Notes under the pieces: generated by a model
Database searches by the model: none
Told to the model about the DNA's origin: nothing
Seen by the model: only the letters and a program-made list of their open reading frames with translations
Shown here: piece by piece, positions 1 to 13,365 of the stretch
Numbering within the stretch: the first letter of the stretch is position 1
Layout: each line of letters starts with the position of its first letter
Made by a program: the position numbers and the translations under genes
DNA from: Hemiscyllium ocellatum
Taxonomy: Eukaryota
NCBI RefSeq assembly: GCF_020745735.1
Contig: NC_083414.1
Span: forward strand, 51,776,013 to 51,840,012
Length of the DNA stretch: 64,000 nt
Direction: 5' to 3'

Positions 1-439
1 TCAGACTAGATATGCTGCATGTGTACTTTACCTTTATTAGAATTCAGAACGTTAGAATGTTGCGATCTCACATGACAGTTAGTCTGCCATGAGTTTGCAA
101 ATTGGATACAGAGAAATCAGTTTGCTTGTTTTGAGTTCTGTTCCATAACTTGTTGTATGCTTTACTGTTTTAAATAAATTAGTCAAAGAGTTAATCATGC
201 CCTCAAATGCAACTTATTATAATGCCATCATCATTAACGTGGTGTGTTGAACAGCCATGGAAAACATCATGCTGATAAGGCCTACATATCTTGAATAGTC
301 AACATGCTTGTCAAATTGACAGGTGAAGAACATGGTCAATAGTATTAAATTGAACTAAAGTGTATGCGCCAACCCTAAATGAATTTGTTTGTAACACTGC
401 TTACAAATTTTGTAAACACAACTTACTGGTAAGCGGACA

Positions 440-1110
440 AATCCCCAATAAATTCTATAGTTTAGATTGGGAGACAGTAGACCTCCAAAAAAAATTCAAA
501 ATGTTTAAATTGTGTTTATAGCTGTAATTTCAAGATTTAGGTGTGCCTGATGCAGAAACATAAGCCATTCAGATGTGTTTAGCAATTGAGAATTAAAGTC
601 TGTGCAGATTTCACACATCCAAGATGAACAATCAAAGAACTAAAAGACGTCCAAATTAAAGGACTACACTAGAAGTCAAATTTAGAGTCAGATTAAACTT
701 TCATATTCATTGACTCGAATTCATGTCTTTAGAATTCACAGACCACTTTGTAAGCTGCTGTAGAGAATGGGGATTATCAAATAGGGAGCTAGCAAACAGA
801 GTTGTTGAGTTTGTGATGGTATCCACCCCATGGAAGCTTTCTAAAAAGATATGCGAGGCAAACCCAACGAATTACAATGTCAACAAATGACTGAAGGATG
901 AATGCAGGTACAAAATGATCCTGAGAGATTAATGAACCTTATAAGTTCTCAGTACAACCTCAATGGTTGATATAATCACAACAACATCCAAACAAAGCAT
1001 AGCATAGCAGGGACAATGATGGTAGGTGAACAGACCATGGTGCACTTTGGGAAACTTCAGCAGAGATTTGCATTGGCTCAAATTTATGGAAAGTGTTAAG
1101 TGGACTGCTG
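440..1110 (+). mobile_element. Highly decayed Gypsy-type gag relic
   Basis: Broken frames read DWETVDLQKKFKMFKLCL*L*FQDLG...AIQMCLAI...VKFRVRLNFH, resembling Gypsy gag N-termini (DW..DL...FK.FK...L.F; NFRVARL). Many stops and frameshifts; no LTR found. Confidence 0.4.
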
Positions 1111-1602
1111 GTCAGATGAGTACTGGAATAATCAAAACTAATGGGAATAAAGGCCTAATGATCTAGAAAAATCTTTTGGCAAAGGATCCAAAAAATAAAA
1201 TGCCTTGTCGAATAATGACTTTTAGTTATTGGGTGCATGCTTTATTGCATCAAGATTTCATTTCGCTCTTCAAAGGCAGTAAAACATTTAAAAAGACTTC
1301 ATTTGAAATTCAAGTTAATCAAACAAATTAATTTTACAAAAAATGTAAACATGATACTGATCATGTATATAACATGTAAAAAACAGTGAATATCATATAG
1401 TCCAGTTCTCTAGTGATAAAACATTAAAGTAGAAGCACCAATCTCAGAACTGAACTGAAGCTTAATATGTAACATCTAAATCATGATTATGTCTTTATTT
1501 TTCAAAACTATCAGACTTATGACTACTTTCATGTTGACGAAACTGTTTATTTCTTTAATATTTCTAATTCTTACTACAAGTGATTTTTCAACTAAACCTT
1601 AA

Positions 1603-2132
1603 CATAGAGTCATAGAGATGTACAGCACAGAAACAGACCCTTAAGTTCAACCTATCCATGCCAACCAGATATCCCAACCCAATCTAGTCCCATCTGCCAG
1701 CACCCGGCCCATATCCCTCCAAACCCTTCCTATTCATATACCTATCCAAATGCCTTTTAAATGTTGCAATTGTACCAGCCTCCACCACTTCCTCTGGCAG
1801 CTCATTCCATACCCATACCACCCTCTGTGTGAAAAAGTTGCCCCTTAGGCCTCTTTTATATCTTTCCCCTCTCACCCTAAACCTATGCCCTCTAGTTCTG
1901 GACTCCCCTACCCCAGGGAAAAGACTTTGTCTATTTATCCTATCCATGCCCCTCATAATTTTGTAAATCTCTATAAGGTCACCCCTCAGCCTCTGATGCT
2001 CCAGGGAAACAGTCTGTTCAGCCTCTCCCTATAGGTCAAATCGTCCAAACCTGGCAACATCCTTGTAAATATTTTCTGATCCCTTTCAAGTTTCACAACA
2101 TCTTTCTGACAGGAAGGAGACCAGAATTGCAC
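1603..2132 (-). mobile_element. CR1 (HER1-like) LINE 3' end
   Basis: ORFs 1684-1956 and 1986-2189 give the CR1 ORF2 C-terminus (VQFWSP...LERDQKIFTRMLPG; TRGHRF...FFTQRVV.VWNELP); 3' tail (CTCTATGA)n-like. Confidence 0.92.
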
Positions 2133-2368
2133 TTTTTCCTGGATAAGATAATTAGTACAGATTTCTGAAATTTGAACAATTGAACTCACAAATATAAATA
2201 TAACATTTTATTTTGATATTATTTGAAGTAATCCTGTTACACGTTTGAACATGCTATTTATTTCAAGTTTGATAGTAAAAAATTCAAACAATATTGCACT
2301 AACGTATGGCTGACAAAATATTTGGACTGTGGTCACTTTTTAAAGCTGCTTAATTTCTCTGACAGAAG

Positions 2369-2490
2369 TCCCGAAGAAGGGTTACACCCGAAACATCGAC
2401 TTTACCATTTCTTGATGCTGCCTGGCTTGCTGTGTTCCTCCAGCCTCCTGTTTATCTACCTTGGATTCCAGCATCTGCGATTTTTTTTAT
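2369..2490 (+). mobile_element. Penelope-like terminus (family A variant) with decayed hammerhead motif
   Basis: CCGAAGA-AGGGT-TAC-ACCC-GAAA-CATC followed by the GATGCTGCCTG...CCAGCATCTGC tail shared with the copies at 16.4, 34.5, 37.3 and 44.2 kb. Confidence 0.7.
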
Positions 2491-3075
2491 CTCTGAAGAA
2501 CTTAAGGAATAACCATCACAACTAGAGCAAAATGTGCTTTTTTACTGCTTAGATTTCATTTGGATATTGTGTTGTACACAACATATACCTTAATAAAATA
2601 GTGCTATTTTTTAGTGGGGTTGGGTTTTGTATATTTGAATATTTTTCAGAGTGCAAGAATTATAATCCCCTAGGAGGACAAATTTAAGTGACGTGATGGA
2701 TTTACCATTTGTAAAATGTTACTGAATTCACACAATGTTATTTTTTGCAAATTCTGCAGAAATTTTTTTTATTGAAGTATTAAATATGCTCGTTGTCCAG
2801 AGAATACAGCCTTACCCAGACCCACACAATGAAAGCCAGACACGTGGACAGTTAAATCACTCAGGTTTCTCAAATACCAGAAATGTGCCACAATCCATCC
2901 AACATTGACAGGATGGGGAGGGCAGGAGAAAGGCCCCATTTGTTGCCCTATCTTATTCTATATTTTTATGTAATCTCAGTTTTAAAGACTTCAACCTGTT
3001 CAACTGAACAGGTAACAGGGATACCTGACCATTGCCGGCAATAGGATTGGTCTTTAAATACATAGGCAGAGAGTT

Positions 3076-3226
3076 CAACTGGAAAAAGCACAGCAGTCCT
3101 GCTGAAAGGTTCTGACCTGAAACATTAACCTCCCCCCTCCTCCGATGCTATTCAACCTGCTGTGATTTTTCCGGCTCAACTTTCTATCCATCCTGACTCT
3201 CCAGCATCTGCGGTTTTCCCTATCTT
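3076..3226 (+). mobile_element. Penelope-like terminus with short 5' inversion, decayed
   Basis: GGAAAAAGCACAGCAG is inverted against CTGCTGTGATTTTTCC; CCAGCATCTGC tail; degenerate CTG..GAAA core. Confidence 0.55.
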
Positions 3227-4129
3227 TTTAAGTATATGTGCAAGATTATTATGATTCTATTTTAACACAATTTCCCATTGTTTCCTCATGTCCCAGCTGG
3301 GAATTGAGAAAGCCTTGGCTTATTTCTGGATCAGCAGCTGAGTGTCCAATGGACCTGATCGTGATCTAAGACCTGTTTGGAGCTAAAATTGAGATTGATA
3401 TTACTTAGTAATTGAGGTTTGACAGTGTCAGTATATGGGAGCAGTCAGCAGATGAGCATTTCAATTAGTTCATACTGGAGTGACAAATAGTAATAAGAGA
3501 CAACAGAATGCACACTTTGTCTCGCGAAGGAGTGAGGAAGAAGCTATGTTTTACAAACAGCCTGTCAAGAGATACTACATGCTTAGGAATTTACATCCAG
3601 CTATAATGTATGCAGTATAACTGTCAAGAAATCAATAAACACATTTCTTTTGTGAATAAATCCAGCAAATATTTCTTCAATATATGCCAACATTGAATTT
3701 ATTATTAGTTATTCATTATTAAATTTGTATTTTCTTTTAGCATATGGTAATTCCTGCCATTTAATGGCTGCCAACTATCATTCATTTATGACACCAAATT
3801 CACTTAACAGCTGCAAAAGCTACCACCTGTTATTAGTTGACAAGTGTACTTCAACCATATCCAGAAAAGAATTCCATTCCTCCATACCTTCTCCTGTAAC
3901 TAAGAAGAAAGGAATGCTAAATGCTAAAATGATAATGTCCAGAACTACATCTATTACTTTATTTGTACTTTCTGGCCCAGTTGTTAGGCCCTCGATTTTT
4001 ATCATTTCACTGCATTAGAACTTTAACACTTTGTAATCTAGAATTCTGAAATAGCATTGGAATTATTGGGTCCACAGGAGCAAAGAGACCAAGAAAAATT
4101 CAGGGTCACAATCAAATGTATATTGACAG

Positions 4130-4570
4130 ATTAGATTTTGAGACACTGGGAAGACAGACAAAGTTGAAAAGGCTTTGTGGGAGTGTCTGCAAGTGGAGAT
4201 GTGGGATTGAGTGTTTTGGTTCTGGAGGTAGAGCACAAATTAGGGTAGGAGAGAGTGAAAGATGGAAGGAAACATGCAAAGAAACCGGAATTAAGAGTCT
4301 GAAACACAAGGACTAGTTTAGATAAGGTTGTAGAGATAGAGTGGTCATAGAGAGATTTGAAGGCCAGGTAAATAACTTGATTTTAATACATTGGAATACA
4401 ATGGATAGTGGAGATTGCCGAGAAAGACAACAAACTTTATTTAGCAGACTGCAATTGGAATTATAAAGAGGACAGTTAGTATGAAATGTCGGTATGTGGA
4501 AGTCAAGTCTTGCTATCACGAATAATTAAATTGTGGCTTCATTTGCAGTTGGGATGAGATGGAAGAGAAC
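4130..4570 (-). mobile_element. Old L2-like LINE fragment
   Basis: Purine-rich + strand pattern (GAGATTTGAAGGCCAGG...TTTTAAT...) typical of antisense L2 ORF2 3' regions; no clean peptide motif. Confidence 0.3.
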
Positions 4571-4859
4571 TGGACAATTCTGTGATGGCAAATTTTAAGC
4601 TGTTAATGGATTAGACGTGAAGTTTGAAACTTAAACAAGGCAAAATTTCGGATTTAGAAACAAAAGGCCTGGCCCAAAGTATAAAACTGGAAAGAATTTT
4701 TGGTTACAGAGAAGCAAAAATCTATTTCCAGCACTACCAAGTGGAAACTTCCCAAGCATGAAAGGCGTCTAGCTGACAAAGGTGTTCAAAAGAAGATTTA
4801 ACCTCGTCAGAATTTGTCAGCAGTCATGAGGAAGCTGGAAAACTGAACCAGTGAGAGCT

Positions 4860-5500
4860 ACAGTGGGATTGTGATTAGTCAAAACTGGAAAACTTGAAAT
4901 GCTGGATTAATCAAAGGTGTCAGCCATTCTTACTAGTCTCATTGGTCCAAATTCCAATTGACTGGATTTGTGGTACTTTGCTATATTATTACACTAACCA
5001 ATTGCAATGGAGTTAGGCCACATTACAGCATAAAATGACAGTAAAGTCATCATTCAACCTTAAGCTCACTTGGTCAAACCCAGTTTACATGGCTGAGGAG
5101 GACAGTGATCCTGAAGCATCTGATGAATACCTGTCTACTCATCAGCCTGTTTCTCTCACTGAGGCTGCAAAGATTGTAGAGATGCTTTGGGATTGTGCAC
5201 AACAGCTTGAAAACACAAAAAAAATGTTCAATTCCATTGATGACATGGCAGACTATTTTGCACTTATCCAAAATCAACGTGCTAAGCCAAAAAACATTAC
5301 TGATTTTTTTTTTCCCAGTCCTGATGTGTTCCAATGTCTTTTACTGTACAAGATCAGATATGGTGAGTTGTGAACACATTGACATAAAAATACAATTTTC
5401 ACATATTTATAGTGTCATAGTCATTGATTATGAAATAAAAAGCATATTTTCCAGCAAAATTGAGTTAAACAGAGGCTTCTTCAGTTATACTGAAGCTTTA
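4860..5500 (+). mobile_element. pogo/Tigger DNA transposon relic (transposase C-terminus)
   Basis: ORF 5035-5373 has an acidic patch, then PVSLTEAAKIVEML...AKPKNITDFF, matching the pogo/Tigger C-terminal Q..ITDFF motif. TA|CAGTGGG at 4859-4867 resembles a Tigger TIR start. Confidence 0.55.
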
Positions 5501-7544
5501 CTTATTGGCAGGCTCCCTGCAGTATGATTGGCCATGATTTCATTGTAAGTGCTAAATTCCAAATGCACAACACAAGGCAGTGTTCTCAAATTACCCAAAA
5601 GATGCAAGAATTCTCAGTAAAGTATTTCTTTAAGTAATAAACATAAAATTTGATGGGGATGTGGTCTTTTAATTCAACCCTCATATCAAGTGATTATCAA
5701 TCCTGGCTGACAGCCTTCAGCCCCTGAACTTTGACACCACAACAGACTCAAGGGAACATAATCAACTTACAACTGAGAAGTCAACTAATTTGAATAGTTG
5801 ATGATCACTTGTTGCAGGTGACAACACAACCCATTGTAATCTTAATAAACTATTGACAAAATAAATCATTGTAATAGAAGCAGAGGCCAATTGTCAGTTG
5901 TAAGTTAATAATTCATAGAAATGCTGTTACTTTATTTTACCAAATTGCTTTGAATTTTATTCTTCACTGACTGTCATACTTAGCATTGCACATGTTTCTG
6001 ACTTGTCAACTCTAAATGCTTCGTAAAGTCAATATATAATGGATTCTGGTTCAATGAATAAGTTCCTAACCAAGATAACTTAACCCACAGCTTCTGTTTC
6101 AGTCATTTCAATGTTTGCATGCTTTAGTGACATGAACTGTACTTGACACATGTGAAAATGATGCTACCTGCAACACATTTTCATTCACTCAAAGCTAACG
6201 TTGGTGGACTGGCATCTCAAGGATAAGTATAATTAATTCATGTGAAATATCTGGCATTATGGCATGGCTAAAGGACTGTTAATACCAATCCCATGGAGGC
6301 TGTCACCAAGGTTGATTGAGCTTTTTACATTATGCACACTGAGAGCTTCAGTCAGGGACAACCTGCATATTCAGGGTGATAAACCAAGACATATGACTTT
6401 TCCTTGTAAGGAAGACATTTTTCTTTCAACTTTACTGACTTATTGCTTGATTAATAATGAGTTAAGCCATTCATCTAGCTGCTTAGTAAGCCTCCAACTA
6501 GGTCAATGAAAAATGAATTGCACTAACTCTTTGACAGATAGCTTGAAGAATTCCTGATCATCAAGCTGAACAAGAGGAAGCTCAGAACAAAAATGCTTTG
6601 ACAGTTCAATCTTATTCACACCCATATTTTGAATTTTCAACACAATACGTGTATTTATTTTAGAAAACGTAAACAACAAAGACACACACAGTTAATTCTT
6701 GTAATAGTTATTAAAGGACTAACTTTCCAGATTAACACCAGCTATATTCTGGTCCAGTGTTGAAAAGATAACTAAGTACATAGGGCAAAATTGATTTTAA
6801 AAAGTCTTACGGTTAATATTTTGATCTTGAAGAATTTTCTTCAGTGTTATTATTGTACAATCTTTCAATAATCTGGTAATTAAAATTCATAGTTTTCAAC
6901 TAGTTCACTCTGTCAGACCCAATGATTCATAATCAGTTGTATTTTCAGAGGACAAAGCATAATACAGAATTCATACAGTTTAAACATTGGAAAACATCAT
7001 CAACAGAAACACACATAAATCCTTTCAGTTATTTTATGAACATTTCAAATCAAGATGCAAGTTGCTTCTAAATTGGGGTACTTGCCTCTCACAATCAGAT
7101 CAGCTCCAGCTGACGCACTGTCGACAGTGGTCTGGACCATGCAAACAAATCTACCAGCATGTTTAAGCTGAATATTTCTGACCATCAAATCACCAGAGTA
7201 ACCCTGCTGAAAGAAATGAGACAAAAGCTCAGAAACGCAACAGAGATTAATGTGATCTATAACACATCAAACATGTAGACTGCAGTTAATTTGTTTCACA
7301 TTTTACGTTATTCCCTTTGAACTATGACTCAGTTTTCTTCTCTAAGATAGACAAACAGACAAGATTTCAGTGAAGAGAGTACCCTTAAAAAGCCATTCGA
7401 GAATGAATTTGCGAAGTGGCAAAATGTTTTTGACTGACTCAACTGGGTTCTTTGAAGTAACAGAGGACTCTGTTGAAGGTGGTGTGTTTGATATTCTGCA
7501 TCCACCCAATAAAGGGTATACAATATAACACTGTGAGATAGATT

Positions 7545-7770
7545 TGTTACTGAAGTTAGAAAGGTTGTAAAGGGACAGTGGCAACATGGTTAAACAATGG
7601 CAGGTACTTTTGCAACATTTAAGAAGCACCTGGATAACCACTTAAAATGCCAGGGAATTGTAGGCCATGGACTAAGTGCAGGTAAATGTGATTAGCTTGG
7701 TGTTTGCTGATTGACGTAGACATGATGGGTTGAAGGATCTGTTTCTATGCAGCATGATCCGTGATTCTAT
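7545..7770 (+). mobile_element. Decayed CR1 3' end
   Basis: GCAACATTTAAGAAGCACCTGGAT...GGGTTGAAGGATCTGTTTCTATGC...GATTCTAT is similar to the other CR1 tails. Confidence 0.7.
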
Positions 7771-8844
7771 TGTAACACACTTCAAACTTGCTATGTGTGC
7801 ATATAGGATACAGCTACTACAGTATAAGCTCTTCGACAAAGAGTAGTTCTCCTGTAAATCAAGACCAGGGGTTTACCAAAATCACTCAACTTTTACAGAA
7901 ATGCAGCTTCTGTAATTCTTTTTCAGAATTTATTTCAAAATCTGTCCAAAACAATAAGATGACAGAGCACCGAACTTAACTATAAAATTTAGACTAAATG
8001 AGAATTCATTGATTCAGATGAATTGGGGAAAAAAATTGAACTCAGTGTCCAATTAGTAAGCTGGGCAAGTAGAATTTTTTAAAAATCTTTGACTGTATAA
8101 GATTCCACTATCAGACAATTATATTACATGATCATTTTATGTATTCTTGGATGTTTCATTATTCTTGATGCTCATGATAAATTTTAAAGTTGATGCAATT
8201 AAACAACCAAATGAAATTGATTACAGATTTTTCTTCTTGATTGTTAGTTTAGCTGAGCTTATAGCCTGAAATATCTGTCAGGAAAGTAATGGGAACAATA
8301 GAAAATGTTTGTTGAGGACTTGCTAATTACAGTGCAGGCAAATGTAAGTAATCACTTGTAGCTGTGATTAGAAACAAAATCTCTGCCCTCAACTGCCATT
8401 CAGAATGATTCTTCATCCAAAATAAGGAGACCTCACTATGGTTAATATTAACAGTTGGCAAATCAATGCTGGGGAAGGTACACTGCACGAGTATTCCAGA
8501 GATAAAAGCAGAAAATACTAAAACGCACAGCTGTTCTAACAGGATCTCTACAAATGGCTAAACAGACTTAACATTACATTTTGCCAAACCTAGAAAAAAT
8601 ACATAAGGATGCAATGGGAATTTTGCAAATTTGTGTGCACAGATGTGCTGGTGGGGTGGTGGTGTTGTTGTAATCTGAGGGGTCTGGGAAGGAAGTAAAA
8701 AGGAAGGATTTGAGAGAAGGTCAAAGGCAAGAGAGATTATGATGTCAAGAGGGATGATGTCTCAAGCAGAAGGAGATATGAACAGTTGGACAAGAGATGT
8801 AAGGTCAGTCCAGATGAGGTGTAAATGTGAAAAGGAGTTTTCTG

Positions 8845-9510
8845 AAAGTTCATTCATGAGATATGGGCACTGCTGGCCAGGCCAGAACTTACTGTCTATC
8901 CCTAATTGCCCTGGAGAAGATGGTGAAGCTGCCTTCTTGAGCAGTTGAAATCCTTGGGTGTTGAGGCACCCAAAGAGCTGTAAGGAAAGGATTTAGAGGA
9001 TTTTGATCCAGCAACAGTAAATGAGTCAGAAAGTTATGTGCCTTGGAGGGAAACTTGCAGATGATGGCACTCCCATGGATCTGATCCCTCTCGTTCTATG
9101 TGGTAGAGGTCGCAGATTTGGAAGGGGCTGCTGAAGGACCCTTGCTGAGAACAGCAATGCATCTTGCCAATGGCACTTATGATGGCATCAATGGTAAGTG
9201 CAGTGAGTGTTGAAGGTGGTGAATGGGATACCAGTCAAGCTGACTGCTTTGCTCTGAATGTTGTCAAGCTTCTTAAATATGATTGGATCTGTACCCATCC
9301 AGTGGGGAGCATTCCATTTCATTCTTGCCTTGTACCTTGTGGACAATCATTAGGAAGAAAGGAAGTGAGTTCCTCATTGTAGAATCACAAATCTCTGACC
9401 TGTTCTTGTAACCAAATTATTTATGCATTGAGTTCTGTTCAGTTTCAGGTCAATGGTAACTTCTGGGATGTTGAGAGTGATGACAATACCACTGAATGCC
9501 AAAGAGTGAT
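8845..9510 (-). mobile_element. Older CR1/L2-group LINE 3' part, interrupted by a younger CR1 (resumes 11261-11365)
   Basis: Reverse-complement similarity to 46800-47350 (e.g. CTGACCTGTTCTTGT, CAGTTTCAGGTCAATG, GCTGCCTTCTTGAGC). Confidence 0.65.
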
Positions 9511-11260
9511 AGCGCCCTCAAAGACCAGCAAGATGGCCTGTGTTTGGAGCTGCAGAAAATGGGTGAGATACTAAACGAGCATTTTGCATCAGTATTTACT
9601 GTGGAAAAAGGACATGGAAGATTATAGAATGTAGGGAAATAGATGGTGACATCTTGAAAAATGTCCATTTACAGTGGAGGAAGTGCTGGATGTCTTGAAA
9701 TGCATAAAGATGGATAAATCCCCAAGTGTACCCCAGAACTCTCTGGGAGGCGAGGGAAGTGATTGTTGGGCCTCTTACTGAAATGATTATATTTTCGATA
9801 GTCACAGGTGAGGAGCCAGAAGACTGCTAATGTGGTGACACTGTTTAAGAAGGGTGGTAAGGACAAACCAGGGAACTATAGACCGGTGAGCCTGACGTTG
9901 GTGGTGGGCAAGTTGTTGGAGGGAATCCTGAGGGACAGGATGTGCATGTATTTGGAAAGTCAAGGACTGATTAGGGATAGTGAACATGGTTTTGTGTGTG
10001 GGAAATCATTTTTCACAAACTTTATTGAGTTTTTTGAAGAAGCAACAAAAAGGATTAATGAGGGCAGAGCAGTAGATGTGATCTATGTGGACTTCAATAA
10101 GGCGTTCGACAAGGTTCCCCATGGGAGACTGTTTAGCAAGGTTAGGTCTCACAGAATACAGGGAGAACTAGCAATTTGGATACAGAACTGGCTCAAAGGT
10201 AGAAGACAGAGAGTGGTGGTGGAGGGTTGCTTTTCAGACTGGAGGCCTGTGACCAGTGGAGTGCCATAAGGATTGGTGATGGGTCCACTTCTTTTCGTCA
10301 TTTATATAAATTATTTGGATGTGAGCGTAAGAGGTATAGTTAGTAAGTTTGCAGATGACACCAAAATTGGAGGTGTAGTGGACAACAAAGAAGGTTACCT
10401 CAGATTACAATGGGATCTTGATCAGATGGGCCAATGGACTGAGAAGTGGCAGATGAAGTTTAATTCAGGTAAATGCGAGGTGCTGCATTTTGGGAAAGCA
10501 AATCTTAGCAGGACTTATAAACTTAATGGTAAGGTCCTCGGGAGTGTTGCTGAACAGAGAGAGTGCAGATTCATAGCTCCTTGAAAGTGGAGTCGCAGGT
10601 AGATAGGATAGTGAAGAAGGCGTTTGGTATGCTTTCCGTTATTGGTCAGAGTATTGAGTACAGGAATGGGGAGGTTATGCTGAGGCTGTACAAGACATTG
10701 GTTAGGCCACTGTTGGAATATTGTGTGCAAGTCTAGTCTCCTTCCTATCAGAATGATGTTGTGAAACTTGAAAGGGCTCAGAAAAGATTTACAAGAATGT
10801 TGCCAGGGATGGAGCATTTGAGCTATAGGGAGAGGCTGAACAGGCTGGGGCTGTTTTCCCTGGAGTGTTGGAGGCTGAGGGGTGACCTTATAGAAGTTTA
10901 CAAAATCATGAGGGGCACAGATAGAATATATAGACAAAATCTTTTCCCTTGGGTGGGGGAATCCAGAACTAGAGAGCATAGGTTTAGGGTGAGAGAGGAA
11001 AGATATCAAAGAGACCTAAAGGGCAATTTTTTCACTCAGAGGGTGGTACATGTATGGAATGAGCTGCCAGAGAAAATGGTGGGGGCTGGTACAATTGCAA
11101 CATTTAAGAGGCATTTGGATGGGTATATGAATAGGAAGGGTTTGAAGGGATATGGGCTGGGTGCTGACAGGTGGGACTAGATTGGGTTGGGATATCTGGT
11201 CGGCATGGATGGGTTGAACCAAAGTGTCTGGTTCCGTGTTGTATATCTCTATGACTCTAT
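9511..11260 (+). mobile_element. 5'-truncated CR1 LINE (RT domain plus 3' end)
   Basis: ORFs 9808-10269 (ANVVTLFKKG, PGNYRPVSLT, YVDFNKAFDKVPH, VTSGVP), 10273-10584 (KFADDTK) and 10761-11180; tail CTCTATGACTCTAT. Confidence 0.95.
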
Positions 11261-12238
11261 GAGATTTAGTCGTGTTGGAGGTGGCCACTCATCAACCCAA
11301 ACCTGAACATTGCCCTGATCTTGGTGCATACAGACACAGACTGCTTCAGCATCTGAGCAACCATTACCAAAAGCTACTGTTTACCCCAAATGATGGAGAC
11401 AGAAGGTTTTACCTCTAATTGTTGAACTGAGTGTTGAATCTGGGAAGCTATAAAATGCCTGACTATGAAATCAATGTTCTCTCTTGCAGATGAAGATACT
11501 AAATTTAGACTCAGTATTTGAACATCCTAATCTTGATTGTGTGGGCATATATTCTCTCAAATTGACCATGTAGAAGCTAATGCTTTCCTTTAAAGTGACA
11601 CATTTTGGAGTAGAAATAGTACAGATAAAAGACAAATGATTTCCTGGACTGGGCTGTTGGGTTAAAATGACAGGAAACAAATGTAACTTGATTCTCTGGA
11701 GGCAAGATAAAAGGCTTTCAACTTCTTTTAAGAAGGGGAAGCTACAAATGCAGCATGTGTGAATTTTTGCAATTAAATTAGAAATTCAGACCAAGAGGCC
11801 ACAGAATGAAATACAAGATACCAAGAGTTGATCAGAAACTGTTTAATTTGGTTAGTTTTGCTTAGGAGTAGTGACTTAGTCTTCGATAGACTGAAACAAT
11901 GACTGATTTACCACATGTACCCCTTTACAGAGAACTATGTACTGCTTTACAGAGTTATGTCTGACTCTGCTGAAGCCATGCTTGTCCCCATCACAAATGT
12001 TCATTGAAGGTGTCATTCAGACTGTCCAAGTCATTAACCCTTTCAAATCCGAATACGACAGAAATCCTGCTAAAGCATGGATCAATGTGTGGAACAAATG
12101 TAACTCTGTTCTGGAGGGTTGAATCGACAAATTCTTTCAAAGGAAAAATCAATAGCTTTTGCTCAGAATTGGGAAGCAGGTGACACATTGAGGGATTTCA
12201 ACATCAACTGATAACAGATTTTTAAACATTTTTCTGAA

Positions 12239-12572
12239 GGGTGGCACAGTGGCTCAGTGGTTAGCGCTGCTTCCTCACAATGCCAGGGACCTGGATGTGA
12301 CTGTCCGTGTGGAATTTGCACATTCTCCCAGAATCAGTATGGGCTTCCTCAGGGTGCTCTGCTTTCCTCCCACAGTCCAAACATGTGCAGGTCAGGTGAA
12401 ATGGCCATGCTAAATTGCTCATAGCCTTCCGGGGCGTATAGGTTAGGTGCATTAGTCAGGGGTAAATATAGGAAAATAGGGTAGGGGAATGTGACTGGGT
12501 GGGTTACTCTTTGAAGGGTTGGTGTGGACCTGTGCCGAAGCGCCTGTTTCCACATTGTAGGGATTCTATTCT
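12239..12572 (+). mobile_element. HE1-type SINE
   Basis: tRNA-like head GGTGGCACAGTGGCTCAGTGGTTAGC, body GGAATTTGCACATTCTCCC, CR1-like tail GCCTGTTTCCACATTGTAGGGATTCTAT; B box partly deleted. Confidence 0.88.
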
Positions 12573-13365
12573 ACTCTTCTTCTATGATAAAACGCTGAGC
12601 TTGTCGAGGGTACCTAGTAAGCAGAAGCTGCCTGCAGCACACATTCACCAGAACAGCCCTGAAGGGTAGGTTTCATCCAGTTTAATACATAAAGCAGAAA
12701 CAGTGGTGAATTTCAGGGTTTGTGACCTGTGAAAGTGCTATTGTGAAAAGCTGATATGCGTATGAGTTATAGTGCACAGAATTTTGGATTCCATCTCAGG
12801 CATCTATGTTTTCATATTGATCTCATTTCACAGTTCATCCAGGAGACAATAAAGATGTGAGGAGTTTTAGTGAGAGCCTTTTTCATGTCTGATTATCTTT
12901 GGGGAACAGCATGCTTTCAAGAAACAGAAAAAAAAATCTAATTTGCATGTCCAGTATCAGTTAACACTTGTCAAGTAGTCCTCTGTGGAAATAATCATTG
13001 CTCAGACATACTGTATGTGCATGTATTTCAGAGATGATTACACCTCTGGGGCATGTTGCATGGGAAACAGATAAAAACTGCTTTCTTTAATGTTCTCACC
13101 AGGCCTGGATTTTTAATTCTGCAGCTTGAACTGAAAAGCTTCTAACCATAACTACCTTGAGAATGCAGGATTATGAACTGGATACCATTTTATCTTCCTG
13201 ATTAAAAATTATCGAGGCAAAAGAGAAGAAAAGAAGATACAACTATATACACTTTAGGAGCGTATGCCCTGTTGTGGCTTCCTGCAAAATTGTAGAATAT
13301 GGAAATATAATTGAAGTCGTATCAAACACAAATTGTCAAGACATACAATTGAATGGCACAGCAAA

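Noticed and set aside
3820-4010. Minus-strand ORF MIKIEGLTTGPESTNK...HLSTNNR with possible splice sites, as a host exon
   Set aside because: No recognisable protein family, a weak donor (GTGGTA) and no partner exons identified; cannot be supported without BLAST or RNA-seq.
10515-11009. 164-aa minus-strand ORF and similar long ORFs
   Set aside because: These are antisense shadows of CR1 ORF2 or SINE sequence.
12239-12300. tRNA gene calls at HE1 heads (also 13620-13690, 43793, 51590-51653, 55311)
   Set aside because: These are SINE heads with A/B boxes that continue into the SINE body; none forms a full cloverleaf.
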